Below, one piece after another: positions 58,243-64,000 of a DNA stretch of 64,000 nt (its first letter is position 1; each line of letters starts with the position of its first letter). Location: the NCBI GenBank assembly GCA_963707985.1, contig CAVPRW010000025.1, forward strand, positions 128,001-192,000, in the 5' to 3' direction. Origin of the DNA: an uncultured Nitrospinota bacterium (lineage in GTDB: Bacteria; Tectomicrobia; Entotheonellia; J063; CAVPRW01). The notes beneath the pieces are model-generated. The model did not search any database. It worked only from the letters and a program-made list of their open reading frames with translations, and was not told the DNA's origin. The position numbers and the translations under genes were made by a program.

Positions 58243-59022
58243 TTATGTGCGTAATCCAGCGGCACGTAAGAGCGTCTCGGCCCAGGCCGCATCTTCCTGC
58301 GACAGGGGAATTTCTGGGGGTTGCGTATAGTCAAGCGCCAGATCATACCCAAGCAAATCATAGATGGTGGCAAACGCCTCTTGGAGGTCGAGCGCCTCGT
58401 CCTTGTCGCTCGGGAGAAGCGGCACGGGGACGACAGGAAGTGGTTCTGCCAGACTGATCGGCCAGATTTCGGTCATGGGTCGTTTCTCAACACGACTGAG
58501 AAAAATAAAATAGGGGGTTCGGGGTAAAGGCTGTTGCATCGGTACGCGCTGGCCCTGACGTAAGAGATCAATCTCCAGCAAATGGGCCGTACTGAGCAAG
58601 ATGCGACGGCGCTTGGCGAGGTATTCCGCGCGCCCATCCCCGCGCTTGTTGGTTGGCGATAATACTTCAATGGCAGTGACCAGTTGGCGGTTTGCCGTAT
58701 CACGAATTTCAACCGTCACGTGGGGAATGGGCGTAGGGATGATGGTTGCAAGCTCTAAAGGTGCAGGAGCAACGACGGTCCCCTGCGTGGCCCCTGCCAT
58801 GGATCGAGTTTTGGCCACTCCGACGTCGGGATACATAGCCGCAGCGGTGATTGCGACGCTCTCCGGCGTGTCCATAACAAAGCGTTCAGCCGGCAATACC
58901 AGGTAACGAGGCCGTAGTTTCGGTGCCAACAACCGCACGATTTCGGCACTGAGCGAAAAATGCACCGTTGTCCACAATGTACCTTCGAGATACGGGTCCA
59001 TGCCTGGAAATGGTGATGGCAT
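58243..59022 (-). CDS. DUF4058 family protein
   Basis: MPSPFPGMDPYLE, IEVLSPTNK, HLLEIDLLRQG. Confidence 0.9.
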   Translation of the reverse strand: MPSPFPGMDPYLEGTLWTTVHFSLSAEIVRLLAPKLRPRYLVLPAERFVMDTPESVAITAAAMYPDVGVAKTRSMAGATQGTVVAPAPLELATIIPTPIPHVTVEIRDTANRQLVTAIEVLSPTNKRGDGRAEYLAKRRRILLSTAHLLEIDLLRQGQRVPMQQPLPRTPYFIFLSRVEKRPMTEIWPISLAEPLPVVPVPLLPSDKDEALDLQEAFATIYDLLGYDLALDYTQPPEIPLSQEDAAWAETLLRAAGLRT

Positions 59023-59271
59023 GATCGGCTCCTTCCCATCGAGATTGCGGAGTGTGGGAGACACCTTCACCCACTCCAGCGTCACATAGAGGGCCTCGAT
59101 GGCAGATACCTCAATGGGTTCGAGGAGTGTCGCGAGATCGTTCACCCCTTCGTTCACACCTATGATACACTAGCCTGACCTACTCCTAGGTTATTCTCTT
59201 TCCGCCACAGATCATGGGCACTGCAGGGCCTTGCGGTGACCAACTCAACAGCCTGCAGAGGGAGGTACATC

Positions 59272-60000
59272 ATGCCTGAACGTGTCTGGGACCGATTTCT
59301 CACCGAGCAGGACCACGCGCATCTCGCCATGAGCGCACACCGCCGCATCGGATTCGGCAAAAGGCCGGCGCTGCTGCTCGTCGACCTGTATCGCTGGGTC
59401 TTCGGGGACAAGCCGGAACCGCTGCTGGAAGCCATCAAGACCTGGCCCAGCAGTTGTGGGTTGGCGGCGTGGGAGGCGATAGCTCCGCTCCAAAGCTTGC
59501 TGAAGGCCGCCCGGGAGGCGAGCATACCCATCGTGCACATGACTGGTCTCGAGCAGAGCGGGATGGAAGGATGGACGGCGTGGCGTGAGTCGTCGCGCCC
59601 GGTCGCGCTAGATCCTGAAGCGCAAGCCCGCCGCAATCGCCGCTGGGACATCATCGATGAGGTGGCACCCTTGCCAGGCGAAGCGGTTTTACGCAAGTCC
59701 TCTCCCAGCGCGTTTTGGGGCACGCCACTGGTAGGGCACTTGAATTATCTGGGAGTCGACACCATCATCACCTGTGGTGAGAGCACCAGCGGCTGTGTCC
59801 GTGCCAGTGTCGTCGATGGGTGTACCCATCGGTATCGTATGATCGTGGTGGAGGAGTGTGTGTTCGACCGCCACGAGGCAACGCATGCCATCAACCTGTT
59901 CGACATGAACCAGAAGTATGCCGATGTCTTGCCCCTGGCTGACGTCTTGGATTACCTGGCGAAATGGCGAGCCGAGCAAGACCGGGAGCAGCCCAGTTAG
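59272..60000 (+). CDS. Isochorismatase-family cysteine hydrolase (N-carbamoylsarcosine/maleamate amidase-like)
   Basis: GFGKRPALLLVD, KSSPSAFWGT, STSGCVRASVVD, KYADV. Confidence 0.9.
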   Translation: MPERVWDRFLTEQDHAHLAMSAHRRIGFGKRPALLLVDLYRWVFGDKPEPLLEAIKTWPSSCGLAAWEAIAPLQSLLKAAREASIPIVHMTGLEQSGMEGWTAWRESSRPVALDPEAQARRNRRWDIIDEVAPLPGEAVLRKSSPSAFWGTPLVGHLNYLGVDTIITCGESTSGCVRASVVDGCTHRYRMIVVEECVFDRHEATHAINLFDMNQKYADVLPLADVLDYLAKWRAEQDREQPS

Positions 60001-60058
60001 CGGGAGCTTTCAAGGGTGTGCTGACGCATGCATTCGCCAACACACCCGCACCTCCGGG

Positions 60059-60514
60059 TTAGGCTTTCGCGAGCAATTGGCGTACGAACGGCACTGGGTT
60101 GGGGTCACTATAGGGGTCCTGCTCTGCTTCCCGAGTCTGCAGTTCGATTTGCAACCGAATGCCATTGGGGTCGTGGAAGTAGAAGGTCTTGCCATAGCTG
60201 CGCTCGATAATGTCCGTCACCTTGACCCCATGGTTCTGGAGGCCCTTGTAGGCCTCATCGAACTCCTCCGCCGTGGCCACGACGAGCGCCAAATGGTTTA
60301 GGCTGTGGGGGACTCCCTCCGGGGATGGCTTGGCCCCATCGAAGATCGCGAAAGCGGTGCCTCCGCCGATCTGGACGTTATAATGCCTCCGCCCATCTGG
60401 GGTGAGTGCGGTCCGCGCTAACCGCATCCCCATGATGCCACAATAGAACTGCAGCGTGGCCTCCATGTCGTGGGTATTGATGGCGATGTGATCAACATTG
60501 GTGCACTGAAACAT
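60059..60514 (-). CDS. VOC/glyoxalase family protein
   Basis: VDHIAI, LNHLAL, YFHDPNGIRLQI. Confidence 0.88.
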   Translation of the reverse strand: MFQCTNVDHIAINTHDMEATLQFYCGIMGMRLARTALTPDGRRHYNVQIGGGTAFAIFDGAKPSPEGVPHSLNHLALVVATAEEFDEAYKGLQNHGVKVTDIIERSYGKTFYFHDPNGIRLQIELQTREAEQDPYSDPNPVPFVRQLLAKA

Positions 60515-61513
60515 GGCGTGTTCCTCCTGTCCTTGGCCGCATCATCTCAGGATTACCTTGCAAGCAGAGAAATAGCCCTGCTCGACCATGCCGGTTGTCT
60601 CCAGTGGACTGCCATGAATCGCCCTATGGGCACAATGCGTTTGAGGAGCCACGTTGAGCTGCCGCATCAGGTCGAAGCACCAACGCTCAGGACACGTGTC
60701 CCATCTCAGGCTCCTCGGGTCATGTGCCAGTTCTACCATGCTCCTGTCAGCGTCCGACAAGCCCCGTCTGACATATGGCATCATACTCCTGGCTTGATAC
60801 CGGGGCAAGTGTCTTCTGGCGAGGATCAGTAGCATGCGAGCGAGTCCTACAGATCAGTTGAGGAGGAGAAGTTGGGGCTCCTATAGACGGAAGCACCGCG
60901 CTCGGTCTCTTCGTCCTCGCGATTGTGGTTCCGCCCCTTCCCATTTACCGAGAGCAGAGCATACCGCCTGGGTTGCTGTCTCGGCATCATCCTGTGCCGC
61001 CTATGTCGCCAGTCATCCAAGGCGGTCTCGTCCAGCTTTTGTGGGTCTTGTCCTTCGACCTCATCTTCCATCACGAAGTCCCAACGATCGTCGTTGCACC
61101 GAGCGGGCGACATCGCGGTGTTAGGATGTTAGGCAGCGTGATGCTGCAGACTCGCAGGCGTCACAGCGAGCTTGAAGGGAATGCATAAGGGTGCTAGTAT
61201 GCAGGCATATTTGAGGGATGGGGGGCTGTAGCTGGCGGGGTGATAGGCAGCAGTCCGCTGCAGTGTTTCACCAACCCATTCGGTAGTCTAATCGTAGTTC
61301 TATCGCACGTGAGGAGTGGGCCGAGGCAGCACGACGAGCACCCAGAAGTGTCGAAACTCATATGGGTCGAGACCAGTGGCCAGAAGCTGAAACGAGCGAC
61401 GATCCATTGGGTAAAGGGGACTGACCTCGGGCGGTGGGTTGGGCTATCGAACATAATCTGACGGTTAACAAGAGGCGGGAACAGACAGACGGGGCGGAAG
61501 GTGATCGAAGCAA

Positions 61514-62446
61514 ATGTTTACCTATAAGTCGGAAGATCTACCGGCGGAACTGTGGTATGACAGGCGAATTATGATCCCGCAGGTGTTGGCGCAAGCCTAC
61601 CGAACGGAACTCATGCGGTTGGAACTGCTCGAAAAGGCAATCGCTGGCACGACCAAGCCCAACATACATGGCGGTATGACAAGAGAGGAAACGACGGAAC
61701 ACTTTGCCTATCGATTTGGCAACTCTGTAACAAGAATCGAGTATGTGATCCTTGATCCAAATCGAAAACTAAATCCAATCCCTCTCGACGTGGCTGTGAC
61801 ATTTTCAAGTCATCAGGTAGCATTCCTTGATATTCCATGTGGGACAGGTGCTGGTGCCGCTTCTATTCTATGTAGTTTGCATGCGCTAAGAGCTGCAGGG
61901 CTAGTCCCAAAATTGCCTCTTACGGTAGGGATCACGGCAGCCGACTTATCTGAACCCGCGCTAGAGATATATGACTCAATGATGAAGAGATTGACGGGTC
62001 CACTCGCAGAAGCTGGAATTCTCATCGAGTGGCGAACGCACCGGTGGGACGCGTCTCTTCCCCACGAGATGAGCCAGCTCTGCGATGCATGGTTCAATCA
62101 ACTACCCGAAGCGGCCGAGCACTTTGTTCTCGTAAGCAATATGAGCGGGGTCGGGAGGGCCCAGTTTGGCGAGTTTGAACGCTCATTTCAGCATTTGGTT
62201 GAGCGCCTTTCGAACCGAATGAGTACCATTCTGTGGATCGAGCCCGAAAGCCAGAGTACTCGCAAGTTTCTGAAAAAGGTGGGTGACTTCTTCAAGAAAG
62301 CGATTTCATGGCTGAAGCCGGAAGACGGCAAATCTTCAGAATCAGTGTTCGACAGTTTTGCCTGGTGGGATGCGGTCGGGGATCGGGAAGTTACCAGCAC
62401 GGTAGCAGTTCAGCGCTATCTCCGAAATGCAGGTGAAGCAACGTGA
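61514..62446 (+). CDS. Class I SAM-dependent methyltransferase-like protein
   Basis: FLDIPCGTGAG motif I, AADLS acidic motif, RWDAS; no NPPY/DPPY or PC DNA-MTase motif. Confidence 0.7.
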   Translation: MFTYKSEDLPAELWYDRRIMIPQVLAQAYRTELMRLELLEKAIAGTTKPNIHGGMTREETTEHFAYRFGNSVTRIEYVILDPNRKLNPIPLDVAVTFSSHQVAFLDIPCGTGAGAASILCSLHALRAAGLVPKLPLTVGITAADLSEPALEIYDSMMKRLTGPLAEAGILIEWRTHRWDASLPHEMSQLCDAWFNQLPEAAEHFVLVSNMSGVGRAQFGEFERSFQHLVERLSNRMSTILWIEPESQSTRKFLKKVGDFFKKAISWLKPEDGKSSESVFDSFAWWDAVGDREVTSTVAVQRYLRNAGEAT

Positions 62447-64000
62447 ACACTCCAAGTTATCCACTCCTTAGAGCGCTGAACTTTGTTCGGAAGGAAGACA
62501 CGCTCACATATGTTGGTCTCCGCCTTTTCTCGGAGGACCTAGCCAGCGAAAACCGATCCCTGTGGGTCGATGAATACTTGAAGCGAACGCTACTGACAAA
62601 GCGCCCGCATGTATACCGCGAGTTCCAATCCCTGAAGAACATCGATGAGAAAGGCCAACCTGAGTTCCGGAGTTGTCACATCGGCAGTCCGCTAACAACC
62701 TTAGCGGAGGCATGGCTACTCGGCCGTTTGGCTGAGTTGAGGCCGTTTCGTTCGCCAACCGCCGTCTACAGCTACCTGTGGCCACGAAGTCACAAGCGCT
62801 CGCAGATATTCGACTACTTTCTCGAAGGATATCGACGCCGCGAAGTCGATGTAGCACTCGCGCTGACTCAATTGGAAGACCCAATCGCACTCGTCACTGA
62901 CCTCAGGAAATTCTATCCGACTGCTCAGAAAGGTATGGTGCTGCAGCGTTTTCGAACGTGTGTAGACGTTGCAAAACTTCGAAGGCCCTTCTCAGACTTT
63001 GCCATCGATACAGTTCAAGCCGCGTTAGCTGCGCCCGCGGTGGGGATACCCATCGGGCCACCACTGGGACACTTGCTCGGAAACTTGGCTCTAGCCAAGG
63101 TAGATGAGGAACTGGCAAAGAGTTTCCCTGGACGGTACTTCCGGTATGTAGACGACATTGTGCTCGTCATCGATCGGGCGGCGGTTAGTTCGACTTTGGC
63201 TTCTTTGCGAAACATTGTCGAGGGCGAAGGCTTCGAACTAAACGAGAGTAAGACGGCTGAAGTCTCCAAGGAAGACTGGCTCGCCCATGTGGAGCAGATG
63301 AAATCCAGCGAGAAGCGCTTTCGCTTTCGGTCTCTCCTAGGTCGTCTACGTGTCTTTTTGGCACGCCGTCCCGAGGAGTTTGAGGCCTTGAAAGCGTCCT
63401 TCAACTCGGCCGGAATCTCGTTACCTTTCAGCCGTCTGAGGGCGGTGGCCACTCAAGGACGCTACAGAAGATTCATCAAGGCAGTGCTCAAGGCGTGGCC
63501 AAGGTCGGAGTGGTTAACACTGCTCAGGGATGATGGGCGCAGGCTCCTCAATGAAACCCTCATTCTCAGAGCTGCATTGCTCGACGAGGCGCAGCGATTA
63601 AAACTCAGGGTAGTCCCCTCCCATGGAATGAGGCGGCGTTGGTTTGTTCAGCACTATCGTTTTGTAATGAATCGCTTGCTATATCTAGTGGATAGATCTT
63701 CACACTCAAAGTTGCTGGAAATGTGTCCTGATATTGAAGAACTCTTCCAAATACGCCTTGTACTTCGCTCATTTATCTCGGGTTCGGCGACCGATCTTCT
63801 GCGTTTTCCTGGGGCGTCAACAACGACATTTGCTCAGTTCTGTGTGGAGAATCCGTCTGGACAAGTAGATGTACAGTGGCCTGAGGATGTTCAGCCACAG
63901 CATAGAGATGGTGCTGCGCTCCTTGCAATTTACGGTGTTTGCTCGCCTCCAGATGAGTGGATTCAGAGGTTTGAGAATCGCTACGATCAAGCGCTTCTTC
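62443..64000 (+). CDS. Reverse transcriptase, UG/Abi (DRT)-like, 3'-partial
   Basis: Manually translated open frame of 519 codons from GTG 62443 to the window end: TDLRKFYP, GIPIGP, YFRYVDDI (YVDD 63145-63156), GFELNESKT; long helical C-terminal extension. Confidence 0.9.
   Translation, partial: MNTPSYPLLRALNFVRKEDTLTYVGLRLFSEDLASENRSLWVDEYLKRTLLTKRPHVYREFQSLKNIDEKGQPEFRSCHIGSPLTTLAEAWLLGRLAELRPFRSPTAVYSYLWPRSHKRSQIFDYFLEGYRRREVDVALALTQLEDPIALVTDLRKFYPTAQKGMVLQRFRTCVDVAKLRRPFSDFAIDTVQAALAAPAVGIPIGPPLGHLLGNLALAKVDEELAKSFPGRYFRYVDDIVLVIDRAAVSSTLASLRNIVEGEGFELNESKTAEVSKEDWLAHVEQMKSSEKRFRFRSLLGRLRVFLARRPEEFEALKASFNSAGISLPFSRLRAVATQGRYRRFIKAVLKAWPRSEWLTLLRDDGRRLLNETLILRAALLDEAQRLKLRVVPSHGMRRRWFVQHYRFVMNRLLYLVDRSSHSKLLEMCPDIEELFQIRLVLRSFISGSATDLLRFPGASTTTFAQFCVENPSGQVDVQWPEDVQPQHRDGAALLAIYGVCSPPDEWIQRFENRYDQALL

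Noticed and set aside
60542..61113. Short minus-strand ORFs before the MTase-RT unit
   Set aside because: No recognisable domain; may be fragments, but no call is supportable.
62443..64000. RT as a retron, group II intron, DGR or CRISPR-associated RT
   Set aside because: No NAxxH/VTG or msr-msd repeats seen, no YADD or recognisable maturase, no TR/VR pair or avd, and no cas1 or array in the window.

Overview
GC-rich bacterial chromosome segment. By inference it is Candidatus Tectomicrobia/Entotheonella-like, judged from the gene-family mix. In order it contains: the end of a pst operon (pstA-pstB-LOG-phoU); a CaiB CoA-transferase/ADH catabolic cluster; a patch of gene fragments with a methyltransferase bounded like an integron cassette; and a defence island. 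The island has an Eco57I/type IIG-like adenine MTase with a C-terminal HEPN-like domain, two PIN toxin-antitoxin pairs and a PLD-SNF2 helicase. Next come an atypical GrdE/GrdB-like reductase pair, hydrolases and transporters, a KimA/TrkA potassium locus interrupted by a UGSC selenoprotein pair, csp, a CCA-type nucleotidyltransferase and IS remnants. A decaying dnaK-dnaJ-lon-grx-M16-clpB cluster follows. At the right edge is a lower-GC two-gene unit: a SAM-methyltransferase-like gene coupled to a UG/Abi (DRT-like) reverse transcriptase that the ORF track misses because it runs off the window. Three in-frame UGA codons with downstream SECIS-like hairpins indicate selenoproteins that the track splits. 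Many single-base frameshifts may be long-read errors. The best candidate for a little-described system is the methyltransferase + RT pair (61514 to >64000), followed by the HEPN-fused MTase + PLD-helicase island.
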